A stretch of DNA of 63,141 nucleotides, counting the filler, from Licmophora abbreviata (Eukaryota): assembly GCA_900291995.1 (NCBI GenBank). It is 12 parts of 12 records of this genome, joined end to end, with 100 filler letters (N's around TTAATTAATTAA, not from the genome) between each part and the next. Parts side by side here need not be neighbours in the genome. Positions count along the whole stretch, not along the records: positions 11,067 to 24,632 come from OLMU01004384.1; 11 more parts are not named here. The stretch is one strand, 5' to 3'. Positions within the stretch are counted from its first letter, which is position 1. Each line of letters starts with the position of its first letter. Of the stretch, positions 11,067 to 23,231 are shown piece by piece. The position numbers were made by a program, and so were the translations under genes. The notes under the pieces were generated by a model. The model did not search any database. It was given only the letters and a program-made list of their open reading frames with translations, and was not told where the DNA came from.

Positions 11067-11460
11067 AGATATAATTCGCTTTCTGGTAGGAACGCTTTGG
11101 CATGGTAGAATTGCTTCCGGCTTGGACAGCAGCAGGTTCGTCTTCCTCGTCGAGGTCAATGTCTTGCACGGAAATGAGCAATGAAGACAGGTTCGTCGTG
11201 GCCGCTATTGCTTTCACAGGACTGGTAGCCACACGTGAGGCCGCTGAGCTTGGAGTAGGACAAAGTCGCTTGCGGTCCTTAAAGTAAGGGGAAAGAGGAG
11301 GCAAACCAATGGCAGGAATGTCACTGGACGACATCATGTGCGGCACGCAATCTTCCGCGCCGGCCCAGTGGTGATGTGCACTCCAATCGCCGGGGCTGGC
11401 GTCGCTGCTGGAGGAGCTGTCACTCCGAGCGAAAGACCCGGTTCCGCTTATACTATTCAT
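11067..11460 (-). CDS. Partial hypothetical protein (low complexity, truncated at contig end)
   Basis: Open frame running into the gap; Ser/acidic-rich with basic KDRKR patch; no recognisable domain; 5' structure unresolved. Confidence 0.35.
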
Positions 11461-11850
11461 CGCTATGGGAGGTGGAGAAGGACCGTTGGAACATGTGCAG
11501 ATGGAGACGGTGCGATCGACACATCACGGCAGCGCAACGAGAAACATCATCAACGTGGGCGCAACTCGCGGAAACGTGACGGGAATTTCCACTGCAACGT
11601 TCTTTCAACACTCCGGTTTTTTGTGCATGGACTTTCTGCGTTTGAAATTCATTATGGGTACTCAATGCTGTAGGTAACAACAGAATCAACTACTTATGGC
11701 CAGTTGCAGTCGACTCCGACGAAGAGTATACTCGGAGTACTATACAGACAACACATCGTTCTTGAAACCAGTCTCACATTTCTAACTTCCGCAAGCTTAC
11801 AGGTGAGGGAAACAACCAAGATGGTAAAGTGAAGTCGTCGCCGAACCTCG

Positions 11851-13140
11851 TCACGCCAACATTCCCACATGGGGTACAATAACATCTGGAAGTGGTTCTT
11901 CTCGAGTTCCCTCTCCCATTGTCATTATGCTTTCCGCTTGAACACAGCCTGTAAGGACCAACGTCGACACCATGCCTCCCTCAACGCCAAACCGCACATC
12001 CGTATCGAGTCGATCTCCAACCATCATGGTTCGTTTCGGATCGAGACCATGTTGTCGCTGAATAAGATCCGCCAACACAGAGCTTGGCTTTCCCACATTG
12101 ACCGACCTTCGCTGCGATGCATGTTCCAATGCCCTCACAAGCGCTCCATTTCCAGGCAAATGTCGTGCATCGGCCCCGACCAGATCAAAAGCATCTTGAT
12201 TCGTCGCGACGAGCAAGGCCTCCGGATTGCGCTGCAACAGCACCGTGGCAATGCACAATTTGCGATAGTTGAAGGCAGTGTCGAGTCCCACCACAACGGC
12301 ATCGACCTTACGAAAGTCATCATCATCATCATCATCATCATCAAAATTGTAAGCAGCCAACTCCTCTCGACTCATGGAGCATGGTTCATCATCCAGTCTC
12401 GCCCCTCCAGTCACATCAAAACCCGTGACTCGCAACTCTTCACAAAGCCCTTCCGTCCCAATGACGTGGATGCGCTTCTTGTTCTCACGAGGCGTCCTTT
12501 CCTCAATGACTTTGTTCGCGTCTTCATCTTGACTCTTCTTTTCCATCAGTTGTTCCTTCAAGTATTGGGCACACGAATACGAACTGCAAATCATTTGCTC
12601 GTCCACGAGGGAATGGCAGTGCAACATGCTCCTGAGTTTGTCCCGCATCTGTCTTTGACTGGACGCAGCATTGTTGGTGACAAAGAAGAGTTTCTTTCTG
12701 TTTTCAAGTAGATTCATTATGCACCTTCTACTGTCGGGAGCGAGGTCGTCACCCCGATATAGGACACCATCGCAGTCAAAGAGAATGGCGTCAATGTGTT
12801 GTTCCATGTAGGATTGAGCTTGTTCAGGGGTGGTCCAGAGTTTTGGAGAAACAGGGGCGGTCAATGATGAGGAAGACAAAGAAGAAAAGTGATCTACTAG
12901 CTGCTCCATTCCTCTAAGAGATTCGCGCCGCATGACTTCGGTAATACTGTCGTCGTTGTTGTTGGTTGAGGCAGCGGAAACGTACGAGCAATCACGTTGT
13001 TGTGATGGCGCGTGCAGCCTACTTCGAATTCGAGAAGTATTCCTAGTCAAGAATCCTGTGGTCTTTGATATCCTCCATGAGGTGAGGAGCAATGTCATGA
13101 TGCTGGTGGAGGCTCGAAGTGCTGCTGCTGCTGTTGTCAT
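11851..13140 (-). CDS. PGP: HAD-IIA phosphatase (phosphoglycolate/pyridoxal phosphatase, NagD-like) with N-terminal targeting extension
   Basis: FDCDGVLY (motif I), FVTNNA, VATNQD, VGKPS, MVGDRLDTDVRFG, LVLTG. Confidence 0.92.
   Translation of the reverse strand: MTTAAAALRASTSIMTLLLTSWRISKTTGFLTRNTSRIRSRLHAPSQQRDCSYVSAASTNNNDDSITEVMRRESLRGMEQLVDHFSSLSSSSLTAPVSPKLWTTPEQAQSYMEQHIDAILFDCDGVLYRGDDLAPDSRRCIMNLLENRKKLFFVTNNAASSQRQMRDKLRSMLHCHSLVDEQMICSSYSCAQYLKEQLMEKKSQDEDANKVIEERTPRENKKRIHVIGTEGLCEELRVTGFDVTGGARLDDEPCSMSREELAAYNFDDDDDDDDDFRKVDAVVVGLDTAFNYRKLCIATVLLQRNPEALLVATNQDAFDLVGADARHLPGNGALVRALEHASQRRSVNVGKPSSVLADLIQRQHGLDPKRTMMVGDRLDTDVRFGVEGGMVSTLVLTGCVQAESIMTMGEGTREEPLPDVIVPHVGMLA
12318..12342. 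repeat. (ATC)n microsatellite encoding poly-Asp in the HAD phosphatase
   Basis: catcatcatcatcatcatcatcatc read directly; DDDDDDDDD in the protein. Confidence 0.9.
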
Positions 13141-13474
13141 GGTGCCTTTTCATCGTCGCTACAACACAGAACTTTCAACTTGGAAAACTCACATCACGTT
13201 CGACATCATCATGACGAGCGCTGCAGATCTGTATGTGAGTTTGTCGTAAACACGTATGCGTTGGACTGAACACGTGCCCGTGCTGGCAGAAGATTCCACA
13301 CTCACAGGTTTGGCGGTCTACAGGCGGTCACGACGAGGAGAGACGCGTGATGATGAAGAGGAGGGTTGAAACCTGAAACGACGAGGACGACGAGAGTCAA
13401 GAGTACCAGGTACCAGGCACATCAGAGGACGGCGTCGACGATCCCCAAACACATCCATCGTAGTCTTCCTCACC

Positions 13475-15805
13475 ATGACAAAGAGCAAAAAGAAGCACCA
13501 TCAGAATCAAGCGAAGAAGCGCAGCTCTGCGTCAAAAAAAGAAAAACGAAGACAGAATTGGGTCGAAACGCTCGACTTTGTAGACCTTCCTCAGGACCAC
13601 GGTACTGCTCCAACGCAGCCCCTGAATAATGCTTCGATACCACTGCGCATCGTTTCTTGGAACGTTCTAGCCAGGTCCTATTGCAATCGACGATCACATC
13701 ATCATTTGCCAAAATTATACCAGAGCGTTGTTTTTGCTCCGGAAAAGCGACTGGAACTGCTGCAGTCCTGTCTGCGACGGATTTGTCAACTGGGAATCGA
13801 CGTTTTGTGCCTACAAGAGGTCGACGAATTGGATGAACTGTCGAATACCTTGGCAGAATTGGGATTTCGTGAGGTTGCCAGCACCCCCACGACGAAAGGA
13901 GGAGGCAGTACGGGTGGACGGATTGATGCCGTGTGTCTGTTTGCTCGGTCCGATACCTGGACGATGGTCGACTATGAAGTAGTACGGCTCGACGACTTGG
14001 GTACTCTGGGAATGCAAACAAAAGACATTGGTTCCGAAACATCGGCTCGGGAGAACACAGATACCAGTTCTACTACTTCAGGCTCTAGCACCGGCAGTTT
14101 GGAGGGACTCCAGCAAAGCTTCCTGCGTCGCAACGTGGCCTTGTTGGTACGATTGCAACATACGATGACACGGCAGACGGTCGTGATTGCCAATGCACAC
14201 TTGCACTGGAATCCTCTCTATGAATACGTCAAGTTGTGTCAAACGCACTACGTATTGCAGCGCTGTCATCTGTTTCAGTCGACTCGTAGCTTGTCATCAT
14301 GTGAGCCTGTCATTTTTTGTGGCGACTTGAATTCGAAGCCCAGCACATCCGTGCATCAGTACTTGGCTCAGGGACGAGTCAATGCCAAGATGATTGCTCC
14401 CTGGTATCGAGGGCTTCATCAGGAAGAGGAAGGTGATGATATGTCGAGTCCAATGATCCGTCTGAGTTTGCGAGACGACCCGTCGTCGTCGTTGACAACA
14501 GCAGCCGCGACCTGTCCTGAGATACGGTACATGCTGGACTACACCCTCAACAGATTTACACGGTGGCTCCGGATACTGGGCATCGATGCGGCGTTGGAAA
14601 CGGAACAAGAAGAAATAGAAAGAACCAAGTTGGGGAAGCTGTAAGAGCATGTGTGTGTACTACTGGACTGGGGAAATCGTATGCTCTCTGACTTTGTACA
14701 TTGTTGCTGTTGGTTGTTGTTCGGTAGGACTCTGTTTGAACGATGTCGAAATGAGCGACGGACGTTGATCACTACATCATCAAAACTCGTTTTGCGCAAA
14801 GACTGTCCTCCCGGTACCTACTTGGTCAATCCCAGAGGCCTCAATAATCTTGAATCGGCCCTGGTCAATCTCTTGCTCGCACATGGAGTGGTTTTAGAAC
14901 CGGCCAACTTTCTCAGCCGCTGCGTCGTTTGCAATGGAAACATTGTCAGTGTAATTGACGACGAGCACAAGCGTCGTGTATTTGCTTCTAGCAATGCTCC
15001 TGACCTGTCGGACAAGGTGGCAGTGGTCTACGAATGCGATCGATGCTCGCAGGGCTACTGGTGGTCGGATAATCCCATGAGCTCGGCGTCGCGTGTCAAG
15101 AGTCAGGCGACCCGTCTCTTTGAGCTGTGTTTGCGAGGCGGGGTTCCGATTTCGGGAGAGCTAGAGATGTTTGATAACGTTGACGTTGACGCCGAGCGTC
15201 ATAAAGGGCTGAAGGATGATGACAACATTGAGGTGGAGCGCCTGGACGTCCTCGACTGGATGAATGATGAGGAGCTCGCCAATCCGTTTTCACTGAAAAG
15301 TGCGTATGCGCTTTCCGATGACAAAGGGAACGTTGTAGGCGAGGGCTTGTCGTTTACTAATGTTACGAACGATTTTGTCGGCTTGTTGGACTACATCTTC
15401 TTTGAGGCGAAACGAGTCACTCAAACGAAACGACTTTCCGTGCCGACATCTTTTGTTGAGCTTAATACACGGGAGCTTCACTGCGGTCACTTGCTTCCGA
15501 GCAACATCTGGCCGAGCGATCACTTGGCGATCGGCGCAGAGCTGCATATTTCTGTAGACGAAAAAGCAACGAATGGATATGTGACCACAAACGATCAATC
15601 GCAGCCCGTCGAATCCATGTTCTGCGGGACCATCGATGGTTCGCCACAGCCACCGCCGCCACCAATTTTACCAGCGGCACATGCGCCTCGATGTGCTTGC
15701 GGCTGCGTTCCACAGACGCTCTCCTTGTTTGAAATGGCGGAACTTCGAAAGAAAGCGCGTTTGCGGCGTGCCGAAACATTGGCGAAGAGCCAAATAAAAA
15801 CATAG
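13475..15805 (+). CDS. CCR4/Angel/nocturnin-like EEP phosphoesterase with an inserted Mut7-C domain (2 exons: 13475-14640, 14728-15805)
   Basis: EEP motifs SWNVLA, LCLQEVD, NAHLHWNP, CGDLNS, then FTNVT..F.G.LDYIF and WPSDHLA; between them YMLDYTLNRFTRWLRILGIDA, RTLITTS, SRCVVCNG, ECDRCSQGYWW; intron GTAAGA...GTAG at 14641-14727 keeps the frame. Confidence 0.88.
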
Positions 15806-16105
15806 AAACCTCGTCAACGTAATTTTCTTTTCTCATTTTCTTATTAATAGCTAAGCCGTTGTTCGTTCTTTCCAAGATCCTTGTATTTCGATCTCGTCGA
15901 ATCAAGTCTTATCATCTCTACGTAGCTCGACTTGTCGTAGTAGTTTCGGATCCAATACATAACCGCTACTTGCCGCCGCGCAGCTTTCACACAATATCCC
16001 AATGTTCAGCCTTTCATCGACCATCCCAGTGCAGTTCACATATACAGTAACACTCACAAATGCCTCTCATTTCTTTACTTCTCTCTACAAAGCGTAAGAG
16101 TCGCA

Positions 16106-18097
16106 CTATGATGACGAGACAATGTCGGCAAAAGAACGACCACCACCCCAAACCGGTGCTGCCCTGGACGTTGGCGTCGGAATGCCCACTGGTGCTGGCT
16201 CTTTGCCGGATGGGGAAGCGGACGTGCCTACTTGCCGTTCCAATTTCATAACCTGACCAGTAGTCTTTTCCTTCTGTTTCAGGGGTGTTATAGAAACGAA
16301 GAAGCAATGTAAGTCTATCGCAGCCCAATGCATCACTTGACACACCTGACGACTCCCATTTTCGATTCCCGCGCGGATCAGACAGTACGAATAACAAAAG
16401 GCGTCCATGGATCAATATAGGATCGTCGCGTAAACATCGAGGAACACTCGAGCTATCTTCATGCCCAGCACAATGAATTCAAAATAGTGCAAGCACAGGT
16501 AACTCACCTTGGTAGTAGCACTTGGCAGTGTCGTCTGCGGCTTGGTATTACTAGAAGTAGCTCCCTTCAACAAGGCCGCCGCATACCCTCCACCTGCGGT
16601 AGTTGTACTACTAATCGCACCGGTAGCAGCTGCGATAAAGCTCTTGTTCTCCTTTGACACTAACGATGACGAGCTGGCACTCTGGGTGGTAGCGGTCGAG
16701 GCGTTGTCCGTCGTCGTGTTGGTTTTGTGAACTTCGTCCATATTGTCCACCAACGTCGTGCTGCTATTGTCGTTCCTGGTGTTGTTGATAATGCTCGACG
16801 TGGGCGGCAGCGAAGGAAAGTGAGACTCATCTGTAGAGAGCGATGGTCGGGGTTTCAAGGACGTAGCAGCAGGAGTGTTGAGTTTGGTAGTTTCATCGCT
16901 GGTCTTGTTGTTCGCCTTGGTCGCGCTCTTATGACTCTGCCCACGTAACCCTCTCGCCGTTGCCTTTTGTTTCGCATTCTTGTTCCTATTCCTTGTCTTG
17001 CGCGGTGACAGCGAGGGCTGCGACAAAATGACGACTCCTTCCGTCATGGTCGGAGAATGTGGATAAAAGGGGGGCGGCACCGAGGAGGAAGTCACGGCGG
17101 CGACGCTCTTGAGCCGAGCCTTGACGGGTTCGCCATCATGGAGCTTCTTGGATCGCAGGGCGAGCATGACATTCATCATTTCGTCACGTGATGTGGAGTC
17201 CAACGTCACGAACCTGTGCGTAGAAAGTAGGAAAGAAGGTCAGCAACGACACCAACAACACACAATCCGTGCACCAATGTCCAGCCCGACAGTCGCACGA
17301 AACAAATCGAGACACAAGGCGTGACTTTCTCCTACGTACCAGCAGTTTGCCACATCCAAGTGAGCATCTAGTACGGGAGGACACCCCTCGTAGTCAAAGA
17401 GACTTCGTACATGTTCTTCCTTGACGTCCGACGAGACATCTCGCAAGATGATGGTATTTTGCACAGTGGACCTTGTTGGAGTGAGGGGCGGCGTCACGAC
17501 CGCAGCATGATCCGCAACAAGTCCAATGGCCAAGAGCCGCGGTGGCCGTTTCGAAACGAGTTCGTCCTCGCTAGGATCCTCTGGAATGCGCTTCAAAGTC
17601 TTTTGCGAAAGGGATACTACCTCCAGCGCTTCGCTGTAGTCCCGGGCAGCCTTGCAGACAGCCTGGATGCGGTCTTCTTCCGTGTTGCTACTGGTCGGCG
17701 GCGTGAGCGTCGTGACCTTGGCAAAGTTTGCCAGTACACTGGCCGGTACGTATCCATCGTGTCTACTGCGAATGGTTTGGAGGTAGACGTCTCTCGCGAG
17801 ATTCGCAGCCGAAAAGTAAAACTCGAGCTGTCGTGCCAGCATGGGAATCCAAGAGGAGGAGGAGTCTTCCACCACAAAGAGATCGTCCGATCCAGCGTCA
17901 CTGCTGCTTGGATGAGATATGGAGGCTGTGGCGTCCTCTGTGGGGTCCGTGCCTTGCTTCAACAGCAACGAGGCAGTAGATAAGTCTTCTGTACTGCTGC
18001 TGTTGTCGTTGCTGGTAGTAGGAGTAGCCGCGTGTGCGTTTGCATGCGGCGAGCGGTCGTCACCTCCTCGCGAGGCCAAACGTGTTGATTCTGACAT
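16106..18097 (-). CDS. La-related RNA-binding protein, LARP4-like (3 exons: 18097-17340, 17213-16508, 16273-16106)
   Basis: La motif LARQLEFYFSAANLARDVYL...DGYVP...LANFAKV; RRM-like NTIILRDV...NCW|FVTL...PVKARLKS; tail motifs HFPSL, GYAAALLK, RSFADIV; both introns preserve frame. Confidence 0.85.
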
Positions 18098-18790
18098 GTC
18101 TCAAGTCAAACAGAGGATTCTGGGGAAGCCTAGATCCAAGGATACAAAGCAAACACACGAAACTGAGGCAATCCCACAGCAATAGGAGAATAATTGAAAC
18201 ACCGAGAGCGATGTCTCTGAGCACCACGTCTTGTTGCCGGTATCAGCTTGTGCTGAAAGTTTGGAGTTTTCGATGATGCACCGCCATCCATGTTGAACCA
18301 TTTCGGATTGTTAGCTGGTACTCATCCTACATACACACACACGTACGTAGATTCCTTTATACATGTTCACCGCGCGCGAGGAGCAACAAAATAACGCCTG
18401 ATGACGCACGTACCGCGATTCAGACAATCGGGTCACGACGGAGGACAGACAGCCGTGCGCGCTCCTATTTCTTACGCGTGGCACTGTATGCAGACCTCGC
18501 GCGCCGTCAAAAAAGAACGCGTCGCGACGAGAGAGAGTAGACTATGATGAGCGACGATACGACGAGAGTACATAAAATAGATTGACCCATCGTCACGGCG
18601 ACCATTCTATTTCACTTTGATTCGTTGAGTCCTTGGGCTATAATCTTGGCGTTGTGCCATCTTGAAATCGTCGAACACTGAAAACGGCGTCCTTGGTCTC
18701 TTTCAATTTCGGACCATTCATCACTACTACAGAAATCAATCCATACATCATACACGCGGCCTTTTGCGTTCTCGTAGTAGAGTCAACACG

Positions 18791-21700
18791 ATGAGAACGG
18801 AACAATCATCGAGCAGGACGACGAAACAGCGACAAAGAAGAAGGCATACTGCTCTCGTCATGTGCTGCTGTACTGTATTGCTTGGACATGTGCCTTGGAT
18901 GACGGCTCAGGCCTGCAGGCACTTCGTCATCCTCGGTATTCGAGGCGTCGTTACGGAATCGTCGAGTGCCACCGGAGAAAACAACCGCGACTCCAAATGA
19001 CAAGCTGCTTCATTCAGAACCAGTGCTGAAGGCATCGAGTCGAACACCACAGGAGAGTCAGGTTGACCCTTTCCTGCTGCAACAGCGTCCACCACCACCT
19101 CCGCCACGAGGCAGCGACAAGCTCGGGACTGATCCAAGTGACGCTCTAGAGGAAAGGATCAGGGCTTTGCGATCCGGTTCCCCTCCACCGCCACCCAAAG
19201 AAATATCTCGGAACGTCGTGATGAAGCCAGACAAATCAGAAATAAAACTGTCCGAGCCGCACGAGTCGGAGGCAAAGACCATCGAAGAAAAGTTGGATGA
19301 ACTTTCATCGCAATCCTCTCTAGGTCAACCACCACCGCCGCCGCCACCACAGAAAATAATACCGGATCCAAATCGACCTAAGGATGACGTTTGTCCACCG
19401 CTGGAACCTCCAGGATACACGTCGACGCAGCAGCAGTGGCAAGCCGGACAAGAGCGTTTACAGCAGCAGCAAAGAAGAGCACCATCACCAACCGAACAAG
19501 CTCCTCGTGTCGTCTCACAGCAGCCCAAGTTTTTGAATCAAAGACGCCAACAACCTCCAGGTCATCCTCAGTGGCAGATGCAGAACCAGCCACAACCTCA
19601 GCAACAATTCTCGCGTGGTAATGCGCAACAACCACAACAGCAGTTTCGCAGAGACTCGCAGGGGTTTCGAACGCAACAGCGAAGGCCTCCACCAGAAGTG
19701 AGATCTCAGCAGGCACGACCACCACCTCGGCAGCAGACACCAGGTACCCTAAGGAAGCTTTGGCGACGAGTAGAACGAAGACTCGATGATCTCGCGGATT
19801 TGGAAGAATCTGTGTCGGGTCGAGCCAAACAGCTCTTTTCCGTTCCCCATCTGGGGCTTCTCTCCGGTGAGACGGACCAAGCAAGAACGAAAGATGTTGG
19901 AACTCAGACATGGCCGGCGGGACCCGTCTCTGGACTTGGAGCACCACGACGGTCTGCCCCTGAGGAAGATCAAAGCGAAAGTGATGACGAGCCGGCAAAT
20001 GGGAAATATGAAATGTATAAACTGTACGGTGCGGGTGTCGATGCTAGCGAGGGGAGAGCTACACAGAGCTTGGATTCGTCGCACCCGCAAACAAGACGGA
20101 GCCCGTTGGAAAATCTTGCTGCTGGAAAAGCCAAAATGATTCGCGCAAATGGAGGTGCTTCGCCTCCCAGTAGTATGATCACTTCGTCGCAGCAGGGGCA
20201 ACCAGCAGTACGGGGACAGAGAGAGCTCAATGATCGAGTATTGGCAAACCGACGGCCGCTGCCTACACAGTCACGCGACGAGTGGCAAGAAGGCATGACA
20301 AATCCGTTTGCTCCAGAGTATGCCAGCGGTCCGCCAATTGCCTCGTTGAAAGTCGAACCGTCGAAGCGGCCCCCAGAAGTGCAGCGGCGCCCGAATCATG
20401 ACCGTCCTTCCAGCAAGTCAGATTCCCTTCAAGACAACTCCAGACCAGAGAAGCACTCAAGACCTCCATTGCTCGCTGATGGCGAACGATCGTCATTTTT
20501 GGGACAGATTGCGAGAATGGTACCTCCTATTCCACGCTTACCTTCAGTATCTCGCTTACTGGGCAGGGGAAGTGACAGTTCGTATAAGTCCTATGCTGCT
20601 GCAAGCTTGGATGCATGGAGGGAAGAGGATGCGGAAACCCGACGAGGCTGGAAGGGTATTTTTGGTCAAAAGAACCCATCCGCGTCGCCTGGACACTTAC
20701 CATCACCGACACGGAACACAAAGGGGCGTGGTGTTGCATCGTCACGGACCCCTCCGATAGCGGACCTACTCGAGCGCTGCAACGATGGAAAGTCGACGTC
20801 TCTTCTTTCCGTCAAAGACGCTCGCGTAGCGCGGTCTATAGGGCGCTCTCGGGCGACACTGGACGCAATGGCTTTGGGATTCATCCTGGTCGGCGCTCGT
20901 GAGCTCGCGCCGATGGTTTCAGACGTTGTCGTCCCGCATTCTTTATCTGAGCTCCTATCGACCACGCTTCCGGGAGTCGCGGGAGCCTTGGGATCGTCGT
21001 TTGATGGCTGGTTGTATTTTGCTTTGACTGCTGCTTACTTGTGCTCCGCCACAAACATTGTAATGAATGATGTGAAAATAAGAATGAAGGCGGCGGAAGT
21101 CAGTAAGGATGTCAAGAGGGCCACGGAGTATGGCCAGTTGTTTATGCGGCTTGTTTCTTCTGATCCCATCGACAAAGCGTTGTCCGAGCGAATCTCTGTT
21201 GCGGCTGGCTCACAGTTCGTTGGAGCAGTGGAGTCGACACGACTGACGTCCTTCGTTATGTTGGTCCTATCCGTTATCATCATTATGACGGTTTCTGTCG
21301 TGCAGCCAGCACTGGTGGGAATCCTGAAAGCGCTGTCAGACGTTGTCATGCTACAGCAGTGGAGACAGTGGCCTCCTGGATTCAGTGTGCTAGGTGGCGA
21401 GATCAAACAGATCTTTTTCGCTCTGGGCGAGATGCTGCGAGAACTGACGGCTGGTGAACTCGGTGGCATCCTGGATCACCCGCTGCGCATTGCCTTCAAG
21501 GCTTCCATATTTGCCGTCCTCTTGACGGTGGCTTATCTCCCAGTGATTGAGCGGAAGCGTCCCGTCCCTGTGGTGGTAGCTAGTGGCAGCGATGAAGATG
21601 AATCTGGGCTGCACACCGGAAATGCTGACAGTCTTTCACAGCTAGGAGTATCGAGCGCCTCACGACTCAGTTTGATGTCAAAGCCAGGAGCTCTCGAGGC

Positions 21701-23087
21701 GAATTTGGAGCGATGGCGAACGAGCCCAGTAAGGTCAAGTGGAAACGTCTCCTACTCCTCATTTCGCTCCACACTTCTGCTCGTCGGATACGGAGTTCTC
21801 GGTACCATCCTTCTAGCACTTCCGCCGGTGGCGCTGGCCGTGACCAAAATTTCTGTTGACTCATCAGCACTCAATGGAATTATTCGGCTTGACTCTTTTC
21901 TGGATATGTCTATACTTTCTATCTTTGCTCTGCATTTGACATGGAAAGCCCTGTCAGCAGTAATGGCACAGTCTGTTGCTCGCTCAGCTGCCTCTTCCTT
22001 CTTGCAATCGTTAGCCAACACTGCAGCAGAGTTTAATCGCTCGCAGTACTCGCCTCAGATGAACCTACAGCTGGCGGCTTCCATTTCGCCATCCAAAGGA
22101 CTTGAAGTGAGCGATCTCTGGGCAGCGCACACATCGAAACGGGCTTGGGCGGTCAGGGGAGCCAACTTTGCATGTCGCAATGGCGAAGTTGTAGTAGTGG
22201 TCGGAGACGACGGCTCTGGAAAGACAAGATTACTCACATCGATTGCCGAAGCCATGCTGCAACCTCCAGCGTCAGCTCTCTCGAGTACCAAGGTTCGGGG
22301 GTCCATCTCCCTAGGAGGCCTGGAGACGTCAAAATGGGATCGAATGCAGTTAAGAAAACGACTCGGTCTGGTTCTCAATGATGTGCGGACAATGACTGAC
22401 AACGCAGAGCTGTGTTCAGGAATGAGTGTAGAAGAGATACTCGAACCGGTCGATGATATGCACAGTCCGAACGAACCTCACACACTAAGTTCGAATGAGA
22501 AAGCGTGTATATCACTCGCGTTGCAGGTAAGATGACTATTCGCCACCTTTCCTATATTTCATGAACCTATCCTCACTTTTGTCACTCTTCTTATTTCGTT
22601 TCAGTTGTCGGGACTCTCCTCAACACTACTTGCTAGGCTACCTTCCAAACTGTCGACGGTCGTCTCCGCCAACGAGGACGAACTGAAGCCATCGCCACTG
22701 CGCCCACGGTGCAACGTCCTCTCGCCATCCGAATGGTCCAAGTTGCTCCTCGCTCGCGTCTTGGCCCAGACGATTCTCGACAATGACAATGCCGCCAAGT
22801 CGCCCAACGGCATTGACAAGTGCCTGATTGGATCCGTGCTGGTCCTGGATGATGTATTGGTGCACATGTCGGAGGTGGAAGAAGCCAAGTTTTTGATGTC
22901 GTTGCGACGAACGGGTGCCGCAACTCTTCTTTCGTCTCACAAGTGGGCTGTCGGTCGCTACGCCGATCGCATCATCGTCGTCAAGGACGGAGCGATTGTC
23001 GAACAGGGGACACACAATGAATTGATGGCACGGGGTCCAAACCAAAGCGTGTACGCAAACAAGTGGCAAGCCATGACGAGTGTGTAG
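18791..23087 (+). CDS. Large membrane protein with Pro/Gln-rich N-terminus and a divergent C-terminal ABC ATPase domain (intron 22528-22604; apparent frameshift near 18913)
   Basis: Several hydrophobic helices; Walker A GDDGSGKT, degenerate signature LSPSE, Walker B VLVLDD, H-loop SSH, tail ADRIIVVKDGAIVEQGTHNELM. Confidence 0.75.
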
Positions 23088-23231
23088 ATATATTGGTAAT
23101 GGATGCTCAGGTCGCCGACCAAGTGAGAAATATGGGGTCTAAGAATAGTCTAACAAAACAAGACTGCATCAATCAGCGAAAGAATGACACTGTAAGTTGA
23201 GTTTATGAAGTTTAACCATAGTCCCTCCTGC

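Noticed and set aside
11869..12711. Long antisense or alternative-frame ORFs overlapping real genes (e.g. 9-659, 11869-12711, 10275-10889, 29202-29807)
   Set aside because: Shadow ORFs expected at ~50% GC opposite coding sequence; no recognisable motifs
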